Positions 31,428-41,247 of a stretch of DNA of 64,000 nt are shown in pieces. Below the pieces are notes generated by a model. It saw only the letters and a list, made by a program, of their open reading frames with translations. It had not been told where the DNA came from and ran no database searches. The stretch lies in NCBI GenBank assembly GCA_013297755.1, contig JAAFIH010000001.1:140303-204302 (forward strand). Direction: 5' to 3'. Position numbers and translations under genes: made by a program. The stretch's first letter is position 1; the number at the start of each line of letters is the position of its first letter. This DNA is from Cytophagales bacterium. GTDB lineage: Bacteria > Bacteroidota > Bacteroidia > Cytophagales > UBA9547.

Positions 31428-32336
31428 CTAATTTTCATATCCAAATTTTTTGAGTTGGTTGATATTGGATCGCCAGTCTTTGATTACACGGACGTGTGTT
31501 TCTAGGAAAACTTTTTTACCAAAAAACTCTTCCATGGCTATTCTGGCTTCGGTGCCTACTTTTTTGAGCATAGCCCCTTTGGGACCAATAATTATTCCTT
31601 TTTGGCTGTCTCGTTCTACTATGATTTCGGCCATGACTACATTCATTTCTGGCTTATCTTTAAAACCAGAAATGATAACTTCACAACTGTAGGGTATTTC
31701 TTGTCTATAATTGAGTAATATTTTTTCTCTTATAATTTCAGAGGCAAAGAATCGTTCTGGGCGATCGGTGAGGTCTTCTTTGTCGTAATAAGGTGGATGG
31801 ATGGGCATAAATTGAAGTATCATACCCAAAAGTTCAATTGTATTTTTTGATTTTAGGGCCGAAATTTCTATGGTATGATATGGAAAATCAAAGGTGGCAT
31901 ACCATTGGCGTATGGCTTCGAGTTGTGCAGATGTGGCTTCGTCTATTTTATTGGTTACAAAAACAACAGGAATACGAGATTTTTTGATTCTTTCAACCAT
32001 TTCTGGTTCTATTTTTTCGTCCATGGGGTCTGTCAGGCATATAATGGCATCTGCATCTTCGAGCGAATAGCTTACAAATTTCATCATTGATTTTTGCATT
32101 TCATAGTGTGGAGTAATAATGCCTGGGGTGTCTGAAAAAACGATTTGAAAATCGTCTGCATTTAAAATTCCAAAAATACGATGTCTGGTTGTTTGAGCTT
32201 TGGGCGTAACAATAGATAGTTTTTCGCCCACGAGGGCGTTCATTAATGTTGATTTACCTGCATTTGGTTTGCCAATGATGGTTACAAAGCCTGATTTATG
32301 TGTTTTAGAATCCAATTTGATATGTATTATATACAA
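31428..32336 (-). CDS. era: GTPase Era
   Basis: G1 GKPNAGKST, G2 TTRH, G3 DTPG, G4 NKID, and a C-terminal KH domain (IIGPKGAMLKKVG). Confidence 0.9.
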   Translation of the reverse strand: MYIIHIKLDSKTHKSGFVTIIGKPNAGKSTLMNALVGEKLSIVTPKAQTTRHRIFGILNADDFQIVFSDTPGIITPHYEMQKSMMKFVSYSLEDADAIICLTDPMDEKIEPEMVERIKKSRIPVVFVTNKIDEATSAQLEAIRQWYATFDFPYHTIEISALKSKNTIELLGMILQFMPIHPPYYDKEDLTDRPERFFASEIIREKILLNYRQEIPYSCEVIISGFKDKPEMNVVMAEIIVERDSQKGIIIGPKGAMLKKVGTEARIAMEEFFGKKVFLETHVRVIKDWRSNINQLKKFGYEN

Positions 32337-32541
32337 ATATAGTTATTCTAGTTAAAATATGAATATAATAAAAAGTATTTGGATAATTTTTTGGTGAAAA
32401 GGATTTAAAGTATAGCAATTTTTACCCTTATTTTAAAAAAAATAATATGGGCTAAAATTATGTTTCAGATAAAGACACTTTATTTGGGAATGACTGCTTT
32501 TGATTCATAATTAATAATTAATTGATTCATTTTTATAAAAT

Positions 32542-32898
32542 CTAATTGTCTTTTCTGAAAATATATCTGGTAATAAAAATGCCTGTACCATCTTTTGAAC
32601 TATATACACCAGAGGTAACATTTTGCATTTTGTAACCCTTTTTTTCCATTTCTGATAATTTAGTAGAAATGACAATGTCATTGTTTTTGATATTTTCAAA
32701 TTTGATACCTACAAAACTAAAAAAGTTTTCTAATTCGGTTTCAGACATGGTGCCGTTGTCTTCGCTAACTATCATGCGTGAGCGACCAAGCCCACCTGGC
32801 ACAACAGACTCTACAGTAGTTACAAATTTGTAGGTTTGTGCATTTGCTGTGAATATTGTACCTAATAAAACACCAGCGATTACGATTGATTTTTTCAT
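32542..32898 (-). CDS. small secreted hypothetical protein
   Basis: The signal peptide ends ANAQ. 118 aa, no recognised domain. Confidence 0.4.
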   Translation of the reverse strand: MKKSIVIAGVLLGTIFTANAQTYKFVTTVESVVPGGLGRSRMIVSEDNGTMSETELENFFSFVGIKFENIKNNDIVISTKLSEMEKKGYKMQNVTSGVYSSKDGTGIFITRYIFRKDN

Positions 32899-32997
32899 TT
32901 TTTTGATTGATTTAAAATTATATAAGTTAAACTTTTGATAAATTTAATGATTAAACAAGAACTTTTCAAAATTATAGTTAATTAATATTAAATTCAT

Positions 32998-33028
32998 TTT
33001 GCATTTTTAAAAATTATTTATATATTTG
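32998..33028 (+). promoter_or_regulatory. candidate Bacteroidota promoter (TTTG -33 box, 19-bp spacer, TATATTTG -7 box)
   Basis: tttg at 32998-33001 and tatatttg at 33021-33028. No plus-strand ORF lies downstream. Confidence 0.35.
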
Positions 33029-33034
33029 TATAAT

Positions 33035-33118
33035 CTTAGAGGTTGACATCATAAGAACCAACCACTATATCCTAAGAAAGCCTTATTGAATTTATTCTTT
33101 AAGGCTTTTGTTTTTTAA
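33035..33118 (+). ncRNA. candidate ~80-nt sRNA, antisense to the 3' end of the 163-aa ORF (speculative)
   Basis: It runs from just after the candidate promoter to the hairpin aaagcctta(33077-33085)/taaggcttt(33100-33108). On the plus strand the hairpin is followed by ttgtttttt. The T tract exists only in this orientation. Confidence 0.2.
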
Positions 33119-33590
33119 TGTTTTTACGGTCGTATTTAAACATTTTACCATTTTTCCAAATCCAAATTTTTTGAATATTTGAAGAAGCAAATATTTCACC
33201 TTTCACATATCTAAATATTTCTTGGTTAGATAAAGCATGGTCGAATCTAATAACTATATTGTTTGATTGCTTGTATGCTTCTCTGATATTTCTTTTTAAA
33301 CAATTTTTTGAACCATTTTCAGCAGTTTTAAGCTCCCATATTTCATTATTCCAAAACGCATCAGGATGTTTACCTTCTTTTACACCTTTAGGCATTAATC
33401 TATTGTAAGTTTTTTTATCTGTTATATTATTTGGTAAAAGTTGTCCTTTTCCACCATAATTATCAACAAGAAACTCCAAAATGGGTTTATTTTTTTTAAA
33501 TTCTTCGCCACTATGTGTTGAATGTATTCTATATTTATTACCTTTTTGTGATTTAAAAGTTTGGTATTTAAGTTTTTTAAAGTTTTGCAT
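33099..33590 (-). CDS. hypothetical protein with PD-(D/E)XK-like nuclease motif (stand-alone toxin-like domain?)
   Basis: The spacing in GKHPDAFWNNEIWELKT fits P-D...(D/E)-x-K. The protein is lysine-rich, has no signal peptide, and resembles stand-alone CdiA-CT/REase-fold toxin domains from memory only. Confidence 0.35.
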   Translation of the reverse strand: MQNFKKLKYQTFKSQKGNKYRIHSTHSGEEFKKNKPILEFLVDNYGGKGQLLPNNITDKKTYNRLMPKGVKEGKHPDAFWNNEIWELKTAENGSKNCLKRNIREAYKQSNNIVIRFDHALSNQEIFRYVKGEIFASSNIQKIWIWKNGKMFKYDRKNIKKQKP

Positions 33591-33683
33591 AAAGCAAATT
33601 TACAACTTTTTTTTACGCATTTAGTATTATTTTGCGGAAATTGGTTTGTAAATTTGCCTATGTTTTATATTTTTAAAAATATA

Positions 33684-34466
33684 TTATTCTACCACTACTT
33701 TTTTTCTGCTCACAGCAAAAGCACTAAAATATCCTAAACATCCACCTGAAATATTGCTTTTAGGATTGGCAAAAACGGCTGCTCCTGGAATGGGAACACT
33801 CAAAAAATAGTCATAAACTGGTTTGTCTAAACAAATCAATTCTACGGTGATGGAGTCGTTTTTTTTGCGTTTGTCTTCTGGGATAAATAATTGATTTTCA
33901 ATTTTTTGTCCATCAAAAAATTTATCATCTAAGAGCAACAAATCATTCGATTTTATACCATTGTTGTATTCTATAAATCTGAAATAGTTTTGCTCGCCTT
34001 CTTTGTCGGTCAGTACTGGTACTGTGATAGATTTTAGTTTTGCCCCAATATTCAATGGATTGGTGGTTACATACAGCGAATCCAATGGAATAAAAGTGGG
34101 CATTTTGCTGGTTGATTCATATTTTTTGCCATCGGCTACAACCGTAAGTGTATATGTTTTTCCGATAGCTCCTAGTATCTTTGAGGTTGTATATTCGCCT
34201 GGTTTTGATTGCGTTAGGGTATCAACAACGCCAGAGTTGTCGCTAATGATAACTTTGGCATTTGTAACTGGTGGAAAGTTATTGGATTGACTAAAATTTA
34301 CTGATTTAGAAACCAAAACTGTATATGGACCAGCTTCGTTGGAGATTTTACCTTCGATAATCAGCTGTGGATCTTTTGAGTTTAAATCTATGTCGATAAC
34401 TTTGGTGCATGAAACGAAAACCGTTGTAGCAATCATTATTAGTAATAATTTATTAGTATTTTTCAT
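33684..34466 (-). CDS. DUF4249 family lipoprotein
   Basis: Lipobox VFVSC. About 260 aa and immediately downstream of a CarboxypepD_reg TonB receptor, which is the usual partner arrangement. Confidence 0.65.
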   Translation of the reverse strand: MKNTNKLLLIMIATTVFVSCTKVIDIDLNSKDPQLIIEGKISNEAGPYTVLVSKSVNFSQSNNFPPVTNAKVIISDNSGVVDTLTQSKPGEYTTSKILGAIGKTYTLTVVADGKKYESTSKMPTFIPLDSLYVTTNPLNIGAKLKSITVPVLTDKEGEQNYFRFIEYNNGIKSNDLLLLDDKFFDGQKIENQLFIPEDKRKKNDSITVELICLDKPVYDYFLSVPIPGAAVFANPKSNISGGCLGYFSAFAVSRKKVVVE

Positions 34467-34505
34467 TTTTTTTATGTATTAAAATGTGAAATATGGATTG
34501 ATATT

Positions 34506-36821
34506 TTAGAATTTAAAATTATAGGTAACTGCTGGCACAATTCCAAACAAAGAAGTTTGCACTGCTTGTGTTTTGGAGGCATCGTTGGGGTCTTCTCTGA
34601 AATTGATGGTGTATGGATTCATGCGTGCGTAAGCATTGTAGATGGAGAAAGTCCAGCTAGATTGAAAGCGTTTGTGTTGTTTGCCTGTATAAGTTGCTCC
34701 CAAATCTAAACGATGATAGGAGGGCATTCTGTATCCATTTCGCTCTGTATAATAAAACTGTACTTTGTCGTCAATTCTATATTTTCCACTTGGGAAAGTT
34801 ACAGCATTGCCTGTATTATACACCCAAGTAGCTGATATTGACCATCTTTTGGATAATTCATACATGGCTACTACAGAAATATCGTGTGTTCTATCTTGCC
34901 TTGCAGCATACCAGCTGCCGTTATTGATTTCGTCAATTTTTCGTTCTGAGCGAGAGAGAGTGTAGCCAACCCAGCCAGTAAGTCTGCCTGTTTTCTTTTT
35001 CATCAAAAACTCTATCCCATAAGCCCTGCCCACGCCTGAAAGCAAAGAGGCTTCTAAGTTTTCGTTGCCATTGACTACTGTTCCATTTTTGTAATCTAAC
35101 TGGTTTTGCATGTATTTATAGTAAGTTTCTACACTAAATTCATAAGTATTATCCTTGAAATTTTGAAAATATCCCACAGCTACTTGGTCGGCAATGCCAG
35201 GCTTGATATTGTTGCTGCTGGCGAGCCACACATCTGTAGGATTATCTGTACCTGAATTATTGATCACATGGAGATTTTGAACAGATCTGCCAAAAGATGC
35301 TTTTACAGATTTGTTGGCACTCAGCATATAATTGGCAGAAAGGCGTGGCTCAGGGTTGAAATAGTTTTTTACAACCTGTCCTGATGTATATTTTTTGGTA
35401 GAAGTAATGTCGCCATCTTTGTCGTAGGTAGCAAAATTGCCACTGCCCATGACCAAAAATGCACTCAACCTCAATCCATAATTGATAGATAATTTTTCGG
35501 TAGGTTTCCATTCATTTGATACAAAGGCTGCATTTTCGAGCGAGTATCTATCTTCTATTTTGAAAGGTTTAACCCCAGATCCCTCGCTAGTTGATAGTTC
35601 GCCTGGCACAATGGTATGATGTATGATATTGACCCCAAATTTTAGCGTATTTTGTGGATTGAGATAATGGGTAAACTCTTGTTTGAAATTCAAATCTTGA
35701 ATTTTTGACACAATTTTAAAATCATTTTTTCCACTTTTAATTTTGATTTGATAATTGAAGTTGCTGTAAATCAGCGAAGTATTAGAAAACCATTTTGAGC
35801 TCAAATTGCTATTCCAACGCAGGGTGGCAGTGGCATTGCCCCAGTCTATACCAAAAGTGCTGCCCAAACCAATGGCATCTTTTCCAAAATAGCCTGAAAG
35901 GAAAACTTTGTTTTTGGCATTGATTTGATAATTGGCTTTCATGTTTAAGTCATAGAAATAGAGGCTGTTGTCTTTAAATTCTGGGCTTAGTTTTAGGAAC
36001 TGGTCTATGTAAGTTCTGCGGCCAGAAATCAGAAACGAGCCTTTGTTTTTTACTATGGGACATTCAATGGTTAGTCGAGAGGCAATCAAACCTATGCCAC
36101 CATTCATCCCAAATTTTTGATTATTTCCTTCTTTCATTTTGATGTCCATGACAGATGAAAGTCGTCCACCATATTGGGCTGGCATAACTCCTTTATACAC
36201 TTGTGCATCTTTGATAGCATCGCTATTGAAAGTACTAAAAAATCCAAAAAGGTGTGAAGCATTGTACACAGGAGCTTCGTCTAAGAGAATCAAGTTTTGG
36301 TCTGAACCACCACCACGCACATTGAAACCACTTGTGCCCTCGCCAGCCGATTTTATGCCTGGCAGCAATTGCATGGTTTTGAGCACATCTCGCTCCCCCA
36401 TCAATACTGGAATTTTGTTGATTTCTTTCATATCCAACTGCTGCACTCCCATTTGGGCATCACGCACATTTCTGTCTACCCTTTCTGCGTTTACCACTAC
36501 CTCTTCGAGCTGTTTGCTTTCTTCGGAAAGTGGAATATTCAACACAATATTACTATCCAAGTTTATTTTTTGGGTCATGGATTGATAGCCAAGTGAAGTA
36601 ATTTTGATTTCATAAGTGCCTTTGGGAAGCGTGAGGGAGTAAAATCCATAAGCATTGGTAGCAGTGCCTACCCCATTGAGCTCGTTTACAGTAATGAGTG
36701 AGCCAATGACATCTTCGCCATTTTTCTTGTCTTTTACATTTCCACTGATGGTGAATTTGGGCTGGGCAAAGGTACTTATACCCCAAGCCACAAGGAGAAT
36801 AATTTGTGTTTTTCGCAACAT
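34506..36821 (-). CDS. TonB-dependent receptor with N-terminal carboxypeptidase-regulatory-like domain
   Basis: The signal peptide ends FAQ. GNVKDKKNGEDVIGSLI...YEIKITSLGY, plug (PGIKSAGEGTSGFNVRGGGSDQNLILLDEAPVYN), terminal ...TYNFKF. Confidence 0.85.
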   Translation of the reverse strand: MLRKTQIILLVAWGISTFAQPKFTISGNVKDKKNGEDVIGSLITVNELNGVGTATNAYGFYSLTLPKGTYEIKITSLGYQSMTQKINLDSNIVLNIPLSEESKQLEEVVVNAERVDRNVRDAQMGVQQLDMKEINKIPVLMGERDVLKTMQLLPGIKSAGEGTSGFNVRGGGSDQNLILLDEAPVYNASHLFGFFSTFNSDAIKDAQVYKGVMPAQYGGRLSSVMDIKMKEGNNQKFGMNGGIGLIASRLTIECPIVKNKGSFLISGRRTYIDQFLKLSPEFKDNSLYFYDLNMKANYQINAKNKVFLSGYFGKDAIGLGSTFGIDWGNATATLRWNSNLSSKWFSNTSLIYSNFNYQIKIKSGKNDFKIVSKIQDLNFKQEFTHYLNPQNTLKFGVNIIHHTIVPGELSTSEGSGVKPFKIEDRYSLENAAFVSNEWKPTEKLSINYGLRLSAFLVMGSGNFATYDKDGDITSTKKYTSGQVVKNYFNPEPRLSANYMLSANKSVKASFGRSVQNLHVINNSGTDNPTDVWLASSNNIKPGIADQVAVGYFQNFKDNTYEFSVETYYKYMQNQLDYKNGTVVNGNENLEASLLSGVGRAYGIEFLMKKKTGRLTGWVGYTLSRSERKIDEINNGSWYAARQDRTHDISVVAMYELSKRWSISATWVYNTGNAVTFPSGKYRIDDKVQFYYTERNGYRMPSYHRLDLGATYTGKQHKRFQSSWTFSIYNAYARMNPYTINFREDPNDASKTQAVQTSLFGIVPAVTYNFKF

Positions 36822-37019
36822 TGTTTTAATGGTTTTGTTAATTGATGTTGCAAATAAATAGCTAAAAAATAATTGAAAAAGGCTATTTTATGTGAATGGC
36901 TTTTGTATTATACGAGTGGAGTTGGAGGGGGGAATATTGCGTGAAAATAGTAAGTATTATTTTATTTCTCTATTTATTCTTGATTATTTTTACAGATATT
37001 TGTTGTAAGTTAATAAAGT

Positions 37020-39422
37020 ATGCCAGATAATAAGCCCCACGTTAAACTCATAAATCAAAAAGAAGATTTTGTTAAGTTCACTTACAAAACAAGATTTGTT
37101 CCACCTAAACCTGTTGAAGAGGAAGAAAAGCCAAAAGATTATCGTAGAATGGCTGAAAGATTTGAATCTAGTATGGCAAGATATACCAACGAGAGAAATC
37201 TAAGAGTTTCAAATAGAACAATTGAATTACCCGTTCATATTGATTATATTGATATTCGTTTCCAAAGTCAGTTTGATTTAAGAACTTTTAGCAAACAGTT
37301 TTTATCAGTATTTGGATTAGATGCTGTTAAGCTAACTGAATTTAACCGTAGGGTTCTTTTTTCAATAGTTGATTTCGATAAATTCAATTTTCTTTTTGAG
37401 CAGATTAAATCCTTTATTTCATTTAGTAAAGGCAATACTGAAATTAAATTTGATAATCGTGTAACCTACATTGATGATTTTAGTTTCTTATCAAGTAAAG
37501 CAATTAAACAATATAAGCAGCTAAACAATGTGGTAAGACTTTCACTTTTAGAAGGGCTCTACAACTTTAACTTTACTTCTCAAATAGAAAACAACTTAGA
37601 TGCTTTCTTGCTGCAACAACAAATCACATATACATTTGATAAGCAAAATAACTCTATTGAACTACAAAATGTAAGCGAAGAAATAATCAATCAGATTGTT
37701 GACAATTTTGATATTGTTTATTCAGCTACATCTTCACTTTCAACGGTTATAGGTCCTTCCTCAGTTAAACTTCCTGAAAGGAGTTATGGCTTTACAATTG
37801 CTAATGCAGATGAAGATTTGCCTTTAATTGGTGTAATTGATACTGGTATTGATGCGAGAACGCCATTAGTTGATATAATAATTGGTTCAATAGACAAAAC
37901 AAATACAAATGCAACAGAAGATATTGCTAATCACGGAACAGCAGTAGGTGCTTTATGCTCTCTTGGTAAAAACCCATATACAGCAGACTTTAGAAATGAT
38001 TTAGTCGCAGATGCTAAACTTCTATCTTTAAAGGTACTTAATTCAAATATTGGTGCTTTACCTGATAAAGTTGTAATTGATATAATTAAAGAAGCAAAAG
38101 AACAATATCCATCAATAAAACTATTTGTGCTTACTGTAAATTATGAAGAATATAAAAAGTTTAATGAGCCAACATCTAATTATGCCTATCAATTAGATAA
38201 GTTATCTTACGAAGAAGATATATTGATTTTTATTAGTACAGCTAATAATTTGAATGCCTCAAATGATTGTAACGAATATGATCTACTATATTTTAATGAT
38301 GAAAAAGCAAATTTATGTTCACCTAGTGAAAGTATGAATAATGTTACTATTGGTGCTTCTGCAGATAATCTTGTAAATGATATATTCGTTGGTATTGCCG
38401 ATTTAAAAGAGTTTCCAACCATTTATTCAAGAACAAATCATATTGAACAATCAAGAATAATATCTAAAAGAAAAGTCAATAAACACATTAAGAAACCTGA
38501 TTTTATACAACCTGGTGGAGATTACGAAGTAAGCATGGGATTTGTAGGCACTGGTGAAAAAGCGACATTATCGGTTTTATCATCTGATCCAACAGAAAGT
38601 TTTTACAAAAGTGTTGGAACAAGTTTTTCCGCTCCATTAGCTGCAAATCTAGCAGCTAAAATTCTTAAAGAATACCCTGACTTAAATGCACAATCATTAA
38701 AGGCTTTACTCATCAACTCATGTAATGATAAACTACATTTATCTTCGGATAATGATAAAAGTATTGCCCTTGAAAAAGCTATTGGCTATGGTTTGCCAGA
38801 TGATACAAAAGCGGTGTTTTCTGATTCTAATTCAGTAACTTTCATTTTAGAAAGAGAAATTGAGCACAAAGAATTAATGGTTATACCCATAAAAGTACCT
38901 GAATACTTAAGAACTGTATCTAAGAACAAAGGTGTTTTAAAGTTCACCGCAACCCTTTGTTTTAGCTTTTTACCTGATAAAGATAATCAACTTGTTTATT
39001 GTCCTGTATTTATGGCATTTTCTATTTTTAGAAATAAAACACCTGAACAAATAAAAACTAGCTTTAGCAAAGAAGCCAAACTTAGAAACTCTTGGTCACA
39101 AGATGGTTACTCAATAAAAAATCCCCCACTTTATAGCAATGTTCAAAAAATAAGTTTTAACGTTAGCAAGGAAGATATAATTGATGAAGTTGGTACTTTT
39201 AAAATTGCAGTTCATTGTTTTATTAGTCCTAATATTAAAGCTGGTAGTAATGAAATTAGGAATCGTATCTCAACACCAAATAAATTTTCTTTAGCAATAA
39301 CAGTAGAAGAAAATCTAGCAAAAAATAAGTTAACAGGAAGATTATATAATGAAATACTGGCTATTAATACTATTGAAAATATTGGTACTGGAGAAGCTAC
39401 TGGCAATTTAGAAATAGAGTAA
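37020..39422 (+). CDS. cytoplasmic S8 (subtilisin-like) serine peptidase, IetS-like
   Basis: Catalytic triad in order: D274 (GVIDTGID), H305 (NHGTAVGAL), S535 (GTSFSAPLAA). No signal peptide. About 270 aa of unassigned N-terminal region and about 200 aa of unassigned C-terminal region. Confidence 0.85.
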   Translation: MPDNKPHVKLINQKEDFVKFTYKTRFVPPKPVEEEEKPKDYRRMAERFESSMARYTNERNLRVSNRTIELPVHIDYIDIRFQSQFDLRTFSKQFLSVFGLDAVKLTEFNRRVLFSIVDFDKFNFLFEQIKSFISFSKGNTEIKFDNRVTYIDDFSFLSSKAIKQYKQLNNVVRLSLLEGLYNFNFTSQIENNLDAFLLQQQITYTFDKQNNSIELQNVSEEIINQIVDNFDIVYSATSSLSTVIGPSSVKLPERSYGFTIANADEDLPLIGVIDTGIDARTPLVDIIIGSIDKTNTNATEDIANHGTAVGALCSLGKNPYTADFRNDLVADAKLLSLKVLNSNIGALPDKVVIDIIKEAKEQYPSIKLFVLTVNYEEYKKFNEPTSNYAYQLDKLSYEEDILIFISTANNLNASNDCNEYDLLYFNDEKANLCSPSESMNNVTIGASADNLVNDIFVGIADLKEFPTIYSRTNHIEQSRIISKRKVNKHIKKPDFIQPGGDYEVSMGFVGTGEKATLSVLSSDPTESFYKSVGTSFSAPLAANLAAKILKEYPDLNAQSLKALLINSCNDKLHLSSDNDKSIALEKAIGYGLPDDTKAVFSDSNSVTFILEREIEHKELMVIPIKVPEYLRTVSKNKGVLKFTATLCFSFLPDKDNQLVYCPVFMAFSIFRNKTPEQIKTSFSKEAKLRNSWSQDGYSIKNPPLYSNVQKISFNVSKEDIIDEVGTFKIAVHCFISPNIKAGSNEIRNRISTPNKFSLAITVEENLAKNKLTGRLYNEILAINTIENIGTGEATGNLEIE

Positions 39423-39424
39423 AA

Positions 39425-39459
39425 TAAAAAAGGATTACTTTTTTAGCAATCCTTTTTTT
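39425..39459. terminator. bidirectional hairpin shared by the convergent S8 and AAA+ genes
   Basis: aaaaaaggatt-ac-tttttta-gc-aatcctttttt begins 3 nt after the S8 stop and contains the ATPase stop codon (39435-39437). A/T runs lie on both sides. Confidence 0.5.
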
Positions 39460-40463
39460 TCTGTTTGAATCAGTTCCAGCCATTTACTCGTTTGTATTTT
39501 AGGCTGTAACTTTAATACATTTTCTGACAACTCAAACACGCTACGCTTAATAGCTGTAATCAATGTTTTTTGTATAGAATAAAAGGACAATCCCAAACTT
39601 TCATTAATACATTTTTGAGAAGTAGTTTTGTTATCAAATGTGAAATTAGAATTTGCAATCACTTTGCTTACCAATTCCGTAATTTGTTTTTTATTAGGCA
39701 ATTCCAAATCAATTGATAAATCAATTCTTCTTAAAATAGCATCATCTAACATGTCTTTTTGATTAGTAGCTGCAATCAAAATAGTATCCTGAGGCAAGTA
39801 ATCAAACAATTGTAGTAAAGTATTAACCACTCGTTTCATTTCTCCATGATCTTGTGAGTAATCTCTAATTTTACCAAGGCTATCAAATTCATCTAAGAAA
39901 ATAATACAACTTTCAGAAGCCGCTCTTCTAAATATTTTGGATAAATTTTTACTGGTTTCACCTAACTTTGAAGAAACAATAGAACCTAAATCAATAACGT
40001 ACATCATTTTTTCAAGTTCACCAGCTAAAACATAAGCAGCTAATGTTTTACCACAGCCCGATGGGCCATGCAATAAAATTTTATTTGAAACGGGTAAATT
40101 ATGCTCTCTTAAAAAGTTAATTTTTTTATGCTCCTTAATGAAATATTCTAATTCATTTTTCACACTCTCACTAGCAACTAAATCTTTCATGCGATAATCA
40201 GAAGTTAATTTTTCGAGTATAAACTCATTCACTTCTTTATCCTGTTCTCTGATTTGATGTTTTAAAGAACCAACTTGTGTAAGTCCACTTGTTTGGTGAT
40301 GGCGAATAGCGTCCTTTAAAATCGATTGCAGTTGAATTGCAAAATTTACTTTCTTAGTTTGCTTAGCATAATCTATCAATTCATTCAAAGAAGACAATAG
40401 TTTATCCTGGTCATTTTCAAGACCGTATTTCGCTATATCTTTTATGAAGTCAAATTGGCTCAC
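39435..40463 (-). CDS. classical-clade AAA+ ATPase, IetA-like
   Basis: Walker A GPSGCGKT (K139), Walker B IIFLDEFD, sensor-1 ATN, arginine pair ILRR. 342 aa with a ~120-aa helical N-domain. GTG start. Confidence 0.85.
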   Translation of the reverse strand: MSQFDFIKDIAKYGLENDQDKLLSSLNELIDYAKQTKKVNFAIQLQSILKDAIRHHQTSGLTQVGSLKHQIREQDKEVNEFILEKLTSDYRMKDLVASESVKNELEYFIKEHKKINFLREHNLPVSNKILLHGPSGCGKTLAAYVLAGELEKMMYVIDLGSIVSSKLGETSKNLSKIFRRAASESCIIFLDEFDSLGKIRDYSQDHGEMKRVVNTLLQLFDYLPQDTILIAATNQKDMLDDAILRRIDLSIDLELPNKKQITELVSKVIANSNFTFDNKTTSQKCINESLGLSFYSIQKTLITAIKRSVFELSENVLKLQPKIQTSKWLELIQTEKKGLLKK

Positions 40464-40542
40464 TATATATAATTTTCAATGTCGCAATAAAGGCATAAAT
40501 CCAGTATCCTACAATATTTTTCTGTTTTTTTCTATCCTCACC

Positions 40543-41247
40543 CTACACCTCTATAAATATATCTTGTAATAAAGAAATGTAATGAGATTCTGAAATTTTT
40601 TCGTTTTCAAACGCTTTATGCGATAGTTTCTCATAATCTCCAATTACTGTATTTTCATTTCCTTTTTTATATAATGAATTATCAAATCCAAGTTCTTCAG
40701 CTTTTTGGATAACATTGATTTGTTTCAATTCTTCATATCTTGTTTTATCTATTATTCCTAAAATAAGCAATCTGTAAATCAATGCCTTATGCGAACATTG
40801 AAAATGCTGTTCTAGCTTAAAAATAGTTTGCAATGAAATATTTTTTTCTTCAAACTCATGTTCTGGTATTTCAGCATATATTTTATCTTCTGGCAACATC
40901 AGATATATGGCAAATAAATCTGCGGCATATTCATTTTTGTCTTTTTTATCAAACAAGCCTGTTTTAGAAGTTTCAGATACAAAATCGTCTTGTACAAATA
41001 GATGATACAATTCATGACAAATCGTAAAATTTTGTCTTCCAATAGAATGGTCGCTATTTACCATCATAAACCTATGATTTCCTGTTTTTACAGCCATTCC
41101 AGAAATAGAAGATTCAGTTCCTCCTAGCAAAAAAACAGTTATCACTTTTTGTTTTTCTAAAATTTCATGAAACTTTAGTTTTTCAAATTGTTTTAAACCT
41201 GAGTTTTCTCTAAAAAGTACAGCTTGTTTTTTAATGAGATGCTCCAT
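40543..41247 (-). CDS. ImmA/IrrE family zinc metallopeptidase
   Basis: HEXXH motif as H78-ELYH, and the downstream EYAADLFAIYLMLPE typical of the ImmA/IrrE (DUF955) fold. The start overlaps the XRE stop (TAATG). Confidence 0.85.
   Translation of the reverse strand: MEHLIKKQAVLFRENSGLKQFEKLKFHEILEKQKVITVFLLGGTESSISGMAVKTGNHRFMMVNSDHSIGRQNFTICHELYHLFVQDDFVSETSKTGLFDKKDKNEYAADLFAIYLMLPEDKIYAEIPEHEFEEKNISLQTIFKLEQHFQCSHKALIYRLLILGIIDKTRYEELKQINVIQKAEELGFDNSLYKKGNENTVIGDYEKLSHKAFENEKISESHYISLLQDIFIEV

Noticed and set aside
36139-36585. 148-aa plus-strand ORF
   Set aside because: It is antisense to the TonB-dependent receptor plug region and has no independent support.
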